This document shows, piece by piece, positions 11,869 through 23,445 of a stretch of DNA of 64,000 nucleotides; positions within the stretch are counted from its first letter, which is position 1; each line of letters starts with the position of its first letter. This stretch comes from Octopus sinensis (taxonomy: Eukaryota), in NCBI RefSeq assembly GCF_006345805.1, contig NC_043001.1:113584001-113648000 (forward strand), written 5' to 3'. The notes beneath the pieces were generated by a model. It did no database searches. It was not told where the DNA came from and saw only the letters and a program-made list of their open reading frames with translations. The translations under genes and the position numbers were made by a program.

Positions 11869-12081
11869 TACTCTTTTACTCTTTTACTTGTTTCAGTCAT
11901 TTGACTGTGGCCATGCTGGAGCACCGCCTTTAGTCGAGCAAATCGACCCCAGGACTTATCTTTGTAAGCCTAGTACTTATTCTATCAGTCTCTTTTGCCG
12001 AACCGCTCAGTTACGGGGACATAAACACACGAGTATCGGTTGTCAAGCGATGTTAGGGGGACAAGCACAGACAACCTAACA

Positions 12082-12124
<43 letters not shown>

Positions 12125-12262
12125 ACACATACATATATACGACGGGCATCTTTCAGTTTCTGTCTACCAAATCCATTCACAAGGCTTTGGTCGGACACTT
12201 GCCGAAGGTGCTACGCAGTGGGACTGAACCCGGAACCATGTGACTGATAAGCCAGCTACTGC
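11869..12262 (-). mobile_element. SINE family A
   Basis: Tail, body, (CA)n and most of the head, in reverse orientation. Confidence 0.9.
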
Positions 12263-12403
12263 CGATAAAAGTTCCAAAAGTAATCTATTGTATATATATT
12301 CATGTGTTAACGTAGCGGACTCGCGTATTCGTTATACACGTATCATATTTTCGACACTAAAAGCTGTTATATACACGTGTTTGTAAGTTGTGTATATATA
12401 TAT

Positions 12404-12592
12404 TCTCTTACTCTCTTACTTGTTTCAGTCACTTGACTGTGGCCATACTAGAACACAGCCTTAAAGGGTTTTAGTTGAGCAAATGGACCCCAGGACTTAT
12501 ACTTTGTAAGCCTAGGATTTATTTTATCGATTCTTTTGCCAACCGCTAGGTTACATGGACATAAACACCCCAGCATCTATTGTCAAGCGACG
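12404..12592 (-). mobile_element. SINE family A, 3' half
   Basis: Diverged tail and body. Confidence 0.8.
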
Positions 12593-12671
12593 ACACATAA
12601 ATACATACATTCACACACACACATATATATAGAGAGAGAGACCAAAGTGTACGTACGCCGCTATATACTTA

Positions 12672-13272
12672 TATATAAAAAATACAAAAATGGGACTAGA
12701 ACGCAAAACATCCAGATAGTTAGGTGATGCAAAAAAAGGACAACAAAACATCCGGATAGACGATACAAAAAGACAAACAAGGACGAGCCATTTACTTCTA
12801 CCTCTCTCTCTTATCTCCCCACGTGACCGGTGTTCGGCCAAGCCTAACCTTTCTTCTTTCGTTCGACTACCATCCGGGCAACATATATATTCCTCCCTGT
12901 GCCTATCAAATCTAATGTCCCTGCCGTAAGGCTTTACTGTCACACACGCCAGCTTAATTTAATTCGTCCTTAGTCGAAAGACACCTGTTGTTATCTCCTG
13001 TTATTTGCATTTGTATTTGTGTAACATTTCCCTGTTTTTTTCCGTCCTTGTTTTCGTGTATAATTGCTACTTTCTTCCACGGAATCTAATGCTCTTAGCT
13101 TAGTTTTTCCTTTGGGCTGGCCAGATTGGAGCAATCTCCAGTATAACCAGCCGGAATTGCATAGATAATCTGGAACTCGACTGAGGAAAGAAAACTCCGA
13201 ATAACTCGTCCTTGTTTCCTTATATCGTCTGTCTGGATGTTTTGCGTTATTATCCCATTTTCGTATTTATAT
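12672..13272. mobile_element. ~600 bp element bounded by imperfect inverted repeats
   Basis: AAATACAAAAATGGGACTAGAACGCAAAACATCCAGATAG..AAACAAGGACGAG (12680-12787) mirrors CTCGTCCTTGTTTCC..TCTGGATGTTTTGCGTTATTATCCCATTTTCGTATTT (13205-13268). Confidence 0.6.
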
Positions 13273-13292
13273 GTGTGGGTGCATATATATAA

Positions 13293-13323
<31 letters not shown>

Positions 13324-13481
13324 TGTATGTATGTATGTATGTATGTATACCATTCTGTTTAAATAATGGAACTGCAGATACAATATCCCTGCATATCTCA
13401 CGGCTGTTTTCATTCCTCCACTTTACTCTCTATTTTATATCTTCTCTAGAATAACTATTGCTTAACTATTTTCTCATACCA

Positions 13482-13527
13482 TCTCCGATGAAGGGATATG
13501 TAAAATATCCCAGAAACAGCTGTAAGG
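13482..13527 (+). ncRNA. Minimal type-I hammerhead ribozyme motif (U4C core variant)
   Basis: TCT CCGATGA A GGGATAT GTAAA ATATCCC A GAAAC AGCT GTA AGG: 7-bp stem II, palindromic AGCU loop on stem III, short stem I. Confidence 0.55.
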
Positions 13528-14417
13528 CCTACTCTTTATAAATGTTCTGAAATCTTTCACAGGCTTGGATTTTTATCTCATTCTGCTAATTTATATATAT
13601 ATACATGTATAGGTGCATGTGTGTAATTATATATAATATATATATATATATACATATATATATTTATTTATATATGCTTATATATTTGTGTATTAACTAT
13701 AGTAGACAGTTGTTAAAAATACTATACACACACATACAAGCACTCGCACACAGAAACATATACACATGCAAGGGTAAACATACAATCACGCGCACACAAA
13801 TAAACATTGCCGCGCGCACTCAACCAAGGAAACAAAGTGACACAACCTCTTGCTGAAACAGATATCTACACACACACATACACACACACTCACACACACA
13901 CACACACACACACACAACACACATATATATATATATACACACAGTCACGCACATCACATAAACATACACACACTCAAATTTAAAGAAGGGTGAGAACTGT
14001 CTATGCATACAACACACGCACAGATGTTAAACCAAGGACAACATCAGACACACTTATACACACACACACACCCGAGGAAGAAACCCCGATCATTGCTGAC
14101 AATTAATCCATAATGACTGTCAAGTGGTTTATTCTGAGACATGGCTCTGTCATGAAATGTTCCTCCGTGTAATTTATCATTTAAAGAAAAGAGAAAAAGC
14201 AAAACAAATACAAAACAAACATGTTTACACTCACAGCAATGAACGCACAAACAACACAATTAAGATTCATAGTTTCAATGTGGTTCTGTCTCTGGATAGC
14301 AACATGGTTGCAGTTTTCCTTTTCTCGATGTGTCCTATTAACATTTTATTTCTTTCTGTCTTCCTTCCTTCCTTCCTTCCTTCCTTCCTTCCTTTCTTCC
14401 TTCCTTCCTTTCTTTCT

Positions 14418-14450
<33 letters not shown>

Positions 14451-14484
14451 TTTCTTTCATTCTTTCATTTATGTGGGTGAAGTG

Positions 14485-14526
<42 letters not shown>

Positions 14527-14529
14527 TAT

Positions 14530-14620
14530 ATATTTATTAAAATTTTATATATATGATTAAGTCTTTCCTTGTTTGTTTTGCAAATATGGTTTTGGCTCTA
14601 ATAATATTTTATTATATATA
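14530..14620 (+). mobile_element. Fragment of Penelope-like family P1 (arm only)
   Basis: Matches 28625-28707 (TATTAAAATTTTAT..TGATTAAGTCTTTCCTTGTTTGTTTTGCAAA..CTAATAATATTTTA). Lies within (TA)n. Confidence 0.75.
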
Positions 14621-14667
14621 TATATATTTATATAATATATATATATATATATATAATATATATATAT

Positions 14668-14877
14668 AGTTAATCCAAACAAGAAAACACAAAAAAAAAC
14701 AGCAACGCGAGGACGTGGAACAAATAAAATATTATTGGACGCTCAGGAAAAAAAGGAAGAAGGAGGGTTTAACGTTTCGAGCGGAGCTCTTCGTCAGAAA
14801 CAAAGGAGAAGGAAAGATTCCGAGAAGGGAAGACAGAGGAAAAAAATTGCTGGGCGTGCTCACGAGGTTACATGTTG

Positions 14878-14878
<1 letters not shown>
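14668..14878 (-). mobile_element. Penelope-like terminal element family P2
   Basis: Copies at 17998-18215, 31145-31380 and 52795-52990. (TA)n on both sides. Carries a hammerhead motif. Confidence 0.7.
14767..14801 (-). ncRNA. Minimal type-I hammerhead ribozyme, intact core
   Basis: Minus strand: GTTT CTGACGA A GAGC TCC GCTC GAAAC GTT AAAC. Stems I and II pair; stem III is the palindrome ACGU. Confidence 0.7.
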
Positions 14879-14967
<89 letters not shown>

Positions 14968-14969
<2 letters not shown>

Positions 14970-16091
14970 GGTGCAGTGAATGAATTGTGGTAAGTACGCG
15001 AAAATGAAAATAACACTGATAACTCATTTTAAAAGATGCATTTACCAGAATGACATAAAGATTTCTTGAAATACTAAAGAATAATTTCAATTCAAAAAAA
15101 TCGACATTAACATCAACCACGGCTTCCAGACCACTTCGGAATCTCCTGCAAATCCTCCTTGTTTCAGTTGGTGAATGCTACCATAATATTTGCTTTCAGT
15201 TCATCTTTGGTGTTACAAAGAGTTTTGGTGGTCTCTCACTCAAATGCACCCCACACATAATGAAGTAAGTGGGTTGTAATTCGGTGAGTCAAGTGGCCAG
15301 ATGTTAGGGGTGCCGTGGTCGACGAAATTGTCAGGTGGCCATGACTAGGTTCTCCTGCTTATGTGACATGATACAGAGTCCTGTTGTCAGACATAGGGCT
15401 TTTCAGCAGCCACCCTCTTGACCCAGCACTACCTCCATGTTGAGTCTGAGGCAGCGTGGGAAGATGAATGGAGGTATAACGTCGCCATCTAATGATCCCT
15501 CCAAACACCATGATGTTGACTGGATGTTTGAGTTTTATCATACTCAGTACATGTTTTGGGGACACGGCAAACCAGCGGTTGTTCTGTGTGTTCACCATAT
15601 GATCCTGTCAGCAATTTTTCTGGTCTGAGAAAAATTAAATCATGTTCGGTTAGAGGGGATACTTAAGCTTGTTCAAAAGCTTCGTATCGCGGTCTTTCCT
15701 CTTGTCTTTGATGGCTTGGGATAAAAATTGGGCCTTACTCATCTTGTATGAGGAATACCAAATGTCATATCCACTACCTGCCTGATAAGAAACTCAGATA
15801 TTCTCAAGTCCCTGGTGATAGACCTGATTGACTTGGAGGGATCGTTGTCAATCATGGTCTGAATTTCACCAACAACTTCGGGAGTTCTTTTGTTATCAGA
15901 ACGATCAGTGTGAGTTTTCCGATTTGCTTTACCTTCATAATTCCTATTAGACTCATCCAACTCTTTGCGAATCTTCTGCACTGTCCTCAGATCGAAAGCC
16001 AAACACTGTGTAGTTGACAAAATCAAAAACAAACAATGAGCATTCACCAAATTAAAAATATAAAATGGTGATAATTTACCCATCGCACACT
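14968..16091 (-). mobile_element. Degenerate Tc1/mariner-superfamily (maT/DD37D-like) transposon
   Basis: Frameshifted transposase: RKELDESN..RTPEVVGEIQTMIDNDPSKSIRSI, FFSDQKN, KHPVNIMVFGGII, NIWPLDSPNYNPL. Degenerate ends AGGGTGCAGTG and GCACACT. Confidence 0.8.
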
Positions 16092-16170
16092 ATATACATA
16101 TATATATATATATTCATATTTTTTAAACAAGTAATATACATATACATACATACATACATACATACATACA

Positions 16171-16221
<51 letters not shown>

Positions 16222-16394
16222 GTGTATATAAAGAAAAAGAAAGTTCTTGGTACAGTATCATTTCAAAAAATAAGAAGAGATGGCTTTTCGGTGGGAATAA
16301 TTTTAATTTTAATCTTAATAATAATGCTTACAGTGAGTTACTCTGATATGAGTTTTGAGTTTCAAGTAACCGTTTTCAAACTGGTCATTTTCAA

Positions 16395-16492
<98 letters not shown>

Positions 16493-16529
16493 CCACACAT
16501 TGACATTCTTGATGTCATCATAGAAAGCT

Positions 16530-17170
16530 ACAGTGGCAAGGGTGATTAGGAGAGGGAAAACGAAGGAAAAACCAGAAGTCCCTCTGTGCCAGTGGTGCTA
16601 CAAAGGAACGGAGTCCTCACCACATCGGAGAACCAGAGGAATGCAAGTGCTACCACCAGAAAAAAAAAGAGAAAACAAAAAAAACACGAGCACAAGCACA
16701 AGAAAGAGCAGAAAAAGGAAAATGAAAATGAAATAACTAAACCCGAAACCCCAAGCCACCAAACAAAAAACAGTGAACCGAAATATGGAGGCGCCACTGG
16801 AATCCGAAACCCTAAAGGAGAGAAGAAATTCGGAGTGAACCCAAGGACCTGCAAATTTTATCTGCGAGGCAAATGTTTGCATGGGGAAGACGATATAAAC
16901 TGCCACTTTGTTCACACGAGATCCCGCCAAAACTACAGGGTCCTTAAGGAGAAGTACTTCCCTGAGGATAGGCACCAATCGCCTCCAAAGGAAAACATAC
17001 AAATGCAGTGTGCCCTTCAGATGTTATGCACAAGGCAGCAGCTGAGCAAGAGTCTTTTTGTGCATGGCGCAAAAGATTGTGCAGTAGCTGACCTGGCTAC
17101 ATCAAGCGCAAACATGGAACCTTGTCCACCACTGCGCAAGACCACCACAGTCAAAAGACACGGAATGGCC
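16530..17170 (+). pseudogene. CCCH zinc-finger ORF fragment, probably ORF1 of a CR1/L2-type LINE
   Basis: CKFYLRGKCLHGEDDINCHFVH (C-x7-C-x8-C-x3-H), an upstream LCQWC in another frame, and a Lys-rich linker. No splice context seen. Confidence 0.5.
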
Positions 17171-17179
17171 TCCCCTGAC

Positions 17180-17270
17180 GCTCGGGAAGTGAACAATTCT
17201 TTAACGTTTCGAGCCTACGCTCTTCCACAGAAAGAAACAAGGAGAGAAAAATCAAGAATGTGTAGTGGCA
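17180..17270 (-). mobile_element. Family P3 fragment with hammerhead variant (17197-17236)
   Basis: Minus strand: TTCTTT CTGTGGA A GAGC GTAG GCTC GAAAC GTT AAAGAA. Confidence 0.65.
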
Positions 17271-17272
17271 TA

Positions 17273-17330
<58 letters not shown>

Positions 17331-17997
17331 GTATACATATGTATATATATATATATGTATATATATATATGTGTGTATATGTATATGTATGTATGCATGT
17401 ATGTCTGTGTTCATCGGTTTTATCTATAATCTAAAGATAACATAATGCTTTTTGGCACTACCATATCAATTTAAAAAGTTAATTCTTGTATTCAATAATG
17501 CATTGTTTGTTACAATCGCTTCTACCCTGTCGTCTATAACATTGACAAACCGCCAAATACTGACTGTCTTTTTTTAAAGAGAGAAAGGTTCACGTACAAG
17601 CAAAATTTATGGAATAAAATATAGGCATCTTAAAAATATTCGCTGACTGTTAGGAGTGCGGGTAGTGGCTTGGAAAGTCAAAGCAAACTAGAACAGAAGT
17701 AGTTGTTTGAAGGTGCGAGTAAGATTTGTTATATTTACTTAGTCTAAACGGAACTTGTAATAGCGTGAAGTTCACTGGAAGATGAAAATACGTTTCACGA
17801 TCGAGGTTGAACACAAACACAGGCGTTATTATTTGAGTTATGTAGATAGACATCATAACATAAACAGTTGTGTGTAGATATATTAGTGTGTGGACAACTC
17901 TAACAATTCATATGTTTATGACTAACATATATATATATATATTCGTATAATCATGTACAATCTTATGTATACATGGATATATATATATATATATATA

Positions 17998-18215
17998 AAG
18001 TTAATCCAAACAAGAAAACACAAAAAAACACAGCAACGCGAGGACGTGGAACAATTAAAGTATTATTTGACGCTCAGGAAAGAAGGGAAGGAGGGTTTAA
18101 AGTTTCGAGCGGAGCTCTTCGTCGGAAACAAAGGAGAGGGAAAGATCCCGAGAAGGGAAGAGAGAGGAAAATAAATTGCTGGCGGTGCTCACGAGGTCGA
18201 GGCCTATCCAGCATG
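17998..18215 (-). mobile_element. Family P2 copy with mutated hammerhead (18095-18129)
   Basis: High identity to 14668-14878. Core reads CCGACGA and GAAACTTT. Confidence 0.7.
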
Positions 18216-18245
18216 TGTCTCATTGCTTGTACATTTTAATAAAAA

Positions 18246-18291
<46 letters not shown>

Positions 18292-18685
18292 GTGCGTATG
18301 TGAGTGTGTGTATAGATGAATGTATACAGATACATATTTGTATGCATATCTGTCTATCTATTATGCATGCGTGTGCGTACATACATACATGAATATATAC
18401 ATATATGTATACGCGCGCGCACACGTGCACACACACACACACACACAAACACACTCATATACATACATGGAGGCATACGGATGTGACACATTTCAAACCC
18501 TGAGACACAGTTCCTTGTCTGACGATCGGAGATGTACAACTTTGAGTAACGAAATGCAAAGTGTTGGTTTAATAATACTCTTCCATTCGCAATCGAATAC
18601 CGTTTTGTTCTTGGGTTTTATAATTACGATATTGTATGTTAATCTGTCTTCTGTCTGCCTGTCTGTCTGTATACACATTAGGCAT

Positions 18686-19083
18686 TCTTTTATTCTTATA
18701 TTCTTTTACTTGTTTCAGTCATTTGACCGCGGCCATGCTGGAGTACCGCCTTAAAGGTTTTCAGTCGCCCCCAGGATTTATTCTTTGTAAGCCTAGTATT
18801 TATTCTATCGTTCGCTTTTGCTGAACCGCTAAGTTACGGTGACATATGCACACCGACATCTGTTTTCAAGCGATGGCGGTGGGGGGCACAGACACACACA
18901 TATAAATATATATACATATAGGCGCAGGAGTGGCTGTGTGGTAAGTAGCTTGCTAACCAGCCACATGGTTCCGAGTTCAGTCCCACTGCGTGGCACCTTG
19001 GACAAGTGTCTTCTGCTATAGCCCCGGGCCGACCAATGCCTTATGAGTGGATTTGGTAGACGGAAACTGTCGTATATATATAT

Positions 19084-19145
<62 letters not shown>

Positions 19146-19478
19146 GTGTGTGTGTTTGTGTGTCCCCCTAGCATTGCTTGACAACCGATGCTGGTGTGTT
19201 TACGTCCCCGTCACTTAGCGGTTCGGCAAAAGAGACCGATAGAATAAGTACTGGGCTTACAAAGAATAAGTCCCGGGGTCGATTTGCTCGACTAAGGCGG
19301 TGCTCCAGCATGGCCGCAGGCAAATGACTGAAAGAAGTAAAAGAGTAAAAGAGAGAAAGAGTATATATTCGACGGGCTTCTTTCAGTTTCTGTCTATCAG
19401 ATCCATTCACAAAACTTAGGTGAGAGCGAGGCTACTGTAGAAGACACTAGCCCGAGGTGCCACGCAGTGGGATTGAAC
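18686..19478 (-). mobile_element. SINE family A split by a nested SINE A
   Basis: Tail and body at 18686-18917, head part at 19369-19478. Confidence 0.8.
18921..19361 (+). mobile_element. SINE family A, full length, nested
   Basis: Head GGCGCAGGAGTGGCTG through to tail GTAAAAGAG. Confidence 0.9.
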
Positions 19479-19962
19479 TTGGAGAACCGAGAGAGAGAGA
19501 GAAAGACTGACAGATAGACAGAGATATATAAATGTTGGTAGGTAGATAAAAAGATTCAAAATTTATGTAATTGTGTATTTGAACATGGATACAAAACTTG
19601 CGTAGCACATTCTTATACGTTCTCTCTCTCTGTCTCTGTCTGTCTCTCTCTCTCTATCGCATACACACGCGCACGCACACACAAATACGTGTACGCATTG
19701 CACTCCTCAACTTCTGTGTGTGATTCTTGCCTGGCTGTTTGTTGGTGTAGGTGTATCTTTGTGCATGTAATTTGTGTTTGTATGTACACTTGAGAAATGT
19801 GTTTGTTGCTGTTTGCGTATGTCTGTGCCTGTTTCTCATTGAAGTGTCTCTTACACAGATTTCATTTATTTCAAATCAACATTGCTCGGTTGAAATGAGA
19901 TTAAATCTGTCAGACATTAATTAGTTCCTTGGAAATTAGAAACGTTGCTCCCTAGCAACCCC

Positions 19963-20048
<86 letters not shown>

Positions 20049-20352
20049 TATACACAATAATATGAAGTCTTACGTTCAGTCGCTCACTTTCTCACAATGC
20101 AAACACGCGCGGTCGTATAATCAACCAAATGCAACTCTCTCTCATTAAACCAGTAAAACATCCATATACTTCACACTGACCTAACGTTACCTACTTATGC
20201 ATCTATAGAGAAATAAGTAATGAAATGATGTTGTAAATACCATGTAACAAAAAAAAACACAACAAAAGAAAACAGAAAAACAACCAATTAATTAAACATT
20301 CCTCTTTATTTTGAGAAGCAAAGAATATCTTAGCGACAGTATTTAGTAACTC

Positions 20353-20808
20353 TTAATGGTAAGAGAAAATCATTTCAATACATTAAAAAATAAATTAATG
20401 TTTAAGCAAGAATGTAACCCGTACATATATTTTTTTTATAGAGAGAAGGGAAACAATTACGGATCTGTTTCGATCTTTTAAAATTCATCAGTGTAGTAGA
20501 AACTTAATGGTAAGAGAAAATAATTTCAATACATTAAAAAATAAATTTATGTTTAAGCAAGAATGTAACCCTTATATATATATTTTTTTATAGAGAGAAG
20601 GGGAACAATTACAGATCTGTTTCGATCTTTTAAAATTCATCAGTGTAGTAGAAACTTAATGGTAAGAGAAAATAATTTCAATACATTAAAAAATAAGTTT
20701 ATGTTTAAGCAAGAATGTAACCCTTATATATATTTTTTTTTTATAGAGAGAAGGGGAACAATTACGGATCTGTTTCGATCTTTTAAAATCATCAGTGTAG
20801 TAGAAACT
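20353..20808 (-). repeat. Three tandem ~152-bp units, each with a hammerhead-like core
   Basis: Units start at 20353, 20504 and 20656. Minus strand CTGATGA..TTTTAAAAGATC GAAAC AGATC(C/T) GTA. Confidence 0.85.
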
Positions 20809-20923
20809 GCTGAAAGCTGCTTGATCATATTTTTATCAATAGAAAAAGAGTTGCAAACAAATTTTAGTCGTTACAGTTTGCACACTTTACATTTGAGTTA
20901 TTTTATTTCGCTCAATTTGTGAA

Positions 20924-21247
20924 GGCACATGGCTCAATGGTTAGAACGTCGAGCTTACGATCGTGAGGTTGTGAATTCGAATCCCGGACCAGGCTGCGTG
21001 TTTTGTTCTTGAGCAAGACACTTTATTGCTCCAGTTCACTCACTTGTAGAAATGAGTTGGGACGTCACAGGTGCCAAGCTGTATCGGCCTTTGCCTTTCC
21101 TTTGGATAACATCGGTGGCGTGGAGAGGAGAGGCCGGTATGCATGGGCGACTGCTGGTCTTCCATAAAACAACCTTGCCAGAACTTGTGGCTGGGAGGAT
21201 AAGTTTCTAGGTGCAATCTCATGGTCAGTCATGACCGAAGGGCGTCC
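20924..21247 (+). mobile_element. tRNA-derived SINE family C (CORE-like TTGAGCAAGACACTT)
   Basis: TGGCTCAATGG A-box and GAATTCGAATCC B-box. Related head at 54840. Confidence 0.75.
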
Positions 21248-22249
21248 CAGCAATTTTGCTCAATTTACTTTTTAATTGTACGTATTTCATTTCTCCACCA
21301 AATATCAGGGCGTATTTTTCTCCACTTGGAGAAATCTCCCTCAAGACTCTGTCCAGTATCAATTATTTGCCGCTGCAATCTATTTCAAGCATTTGCATTA
21401 CTCTTCACATTAGATCTATATCTTGGTGGTTTGTAGGCACCAAAGGAGAATTTATGATAAGAACACAGAGAACTAGAACAAAATCCTCTCTAGTCTGACA
21501 TTCTTACTACACCACCAATTGACCGTCTGGATTGGTAGTTATTGTATTGATTGAGTCCGAAAAAATGAAAGTAATGCAACCTCTGCTGGATTTGAATTCA
21601 GAGCGCAATATGTCGGAACAAATACCGCCAGCCATTCAGTCCGATGCTCTAACGTATCTGCCGATGCTCTAACGTATCTGCCAATTCACCATCTAACGCT
21701 TGTTTACTCAGTAAAATAAAACGAGCCAGCTTCCATCCAGCCGAATACACTATTTAATAATCCTCTCACTGAACTGAACCTGCCCTCGTCTATCCACTGA
21801 CTCAAATCCACAGTCACTCATTAGGTTAAAAGTGCTTTTACGTGGTGACCTGGCCAGATTTCTTTCCTGTTGACCTATCACGTTGATACTCCCCTATTGT
21901 CAGGAGCGGCATTGGAATGGACGAGGCGTGCAAAGCCCTTGCAATTTTTAAAGGTCTTTGAGAATATTGGGAGGAAAGAGAGGTTTTCATCAAACCGGAA
22001 ACCTGAACTTGAACGATTGACCCAACAGAACTCAGAAAACAAAGAGCTGGAAGAAATATCACAAAGCCTCTTCCCTGATTCTCAATGGATTGCATCAATC
22101 TACCATCTTGGACTGATACTTTACCTCATCGGTCCCGAGATGATGAAAAGCAGAGCTGACCTCGGTAGAATTTGAACTCGGAGCGTAGAAGTGGGAACGA
22201 ATGTCCTTTCTATTATAGACACAAGTCCTTACATTTTGTGAGAGAGAGA

Positions 22250-22412
22250 GTTTGTCAATTACCAGTGCTCAACTGGTACTTATTCTTTCAACTCCGAAAG
22301 GATGAAAGGCAAAGTCGACCACGGCGGTGTTTGACCACAGAACGTAAGAACGGATGAAATGCCGCTAAGCATTTCGTCCAGCGTGGTAACGATTCTGCCG
22401 GCTCACTGCCTT
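22250..22412 (-). mobile_element. SINE family B (plus a partial copy at ~22105-22200)
   Basis: GAAAGGATGAAAGGCAAAGTCGACC..GAACGTAA..CTGCC, the reverse complement of the head and core. Confidence 0.8.
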
Positions 22413-22507
22413 TAAATATCACAAAGATTAAGAAATATGTATATATAGAACAAATATAGAAAGTATAATCAATAACTCCTGTTTTTCGTAACGGTGTATA
22501 TTTATCA

Positions 22508-22574
<67 letters not shown>

Positions 22575-22577
<3 letters not shown>

Positions 22578-22788
22578 CGGGAAGCTTTATGAAAATAAAC
22601 AAAAGACGAAGGCAGGTGGAATACAAACAAACAATTGTATTAGTATGGCGCTCAGGAATATAAATAAAAATAAAACAAGTCTTTTACGTTTCGAGCCTAC
22701 GCTCTTCAACAGAAAGATACACAGAAAAGAAACACGGAGAGAAACAAGGAGAGAAAAAATGCGTGCAGAAGCTAGGGAATCAACATGG

Positions 22789-22792
<4 letters not shown>
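22575..22792 (-). mobile_element. Penelope-like terminal element family P3
   Basis: Between two (TA)n tracts. Hammerhead variant at 22680-22717. Confidence 0.7.
22680..22717 (-). ncRNA. Minimal hammerhead with CUGUUGA core variant
   Basis: TCTTT CTGTTGA A GAGC GTAG GCTC GAAAC GTA AAAGA: 5-bp stem I and 4-bp stem II. Confidence 0.55.
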
Positions 22793-22841
<49 letters not shown>

Positions 22842-23239
22842 CTCCTGAAATAGTTTCATGGAACAATATTGTCTTGTTCGTGGAGAAATAAAACATTTTC
22901 TCCAACTGTACGAAATTTCGAAGCCGGGATAGTTAAGAAAGAAAAGAAAATACGTATGTGAGAAATCGAAAATTTAGTGGAGATGAAGGTGGTGATTTGG
23001 TAAAAGTAGCAAACTATCGATCGAAAATGACTTTATAAACTTTATAATCTTTAAGTTTATGACTTTATAATCTTTAAGTTGACTCCTTATTTCCTGCAAA
23101 TAAAACTTGACAAAGTTAACAATTGGCATCTGTTTCGTAGTATGGATTATATACTGGGCTATAAACATAGATTTCTTTTTTGTCTTTGATACTTTATCAG
23201 AAGCAAATATGTATAATAGATAAATATAATAATGGTTTC

Positions 23240-23445
23240 AAATTTTGGCACGAGGCCAGCAATTGTAAGGGAAGGTGTGGGTTGATTATATCTACCCTAA
23301 TGCTCAACTGGTACTTATTTTTTCAACTCCGAAAGGATGAAACGCAAATTCGAACTCGGCAGAATTTGAACTCAGATCGTAAAATCAAACGAAATATCGC
23401 TTAAGTATTTTGCTCAGCTTACTAACGATTCTGCCGGCTCGGTGC
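23240..23445 (-). mobile_element. SINE family B, diverged
   Basis: CTCAACTGGTACTTATTTTTTCAACTCCGAAAGGATGAAA..GATTCTGCC. Confidence 0.75.
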
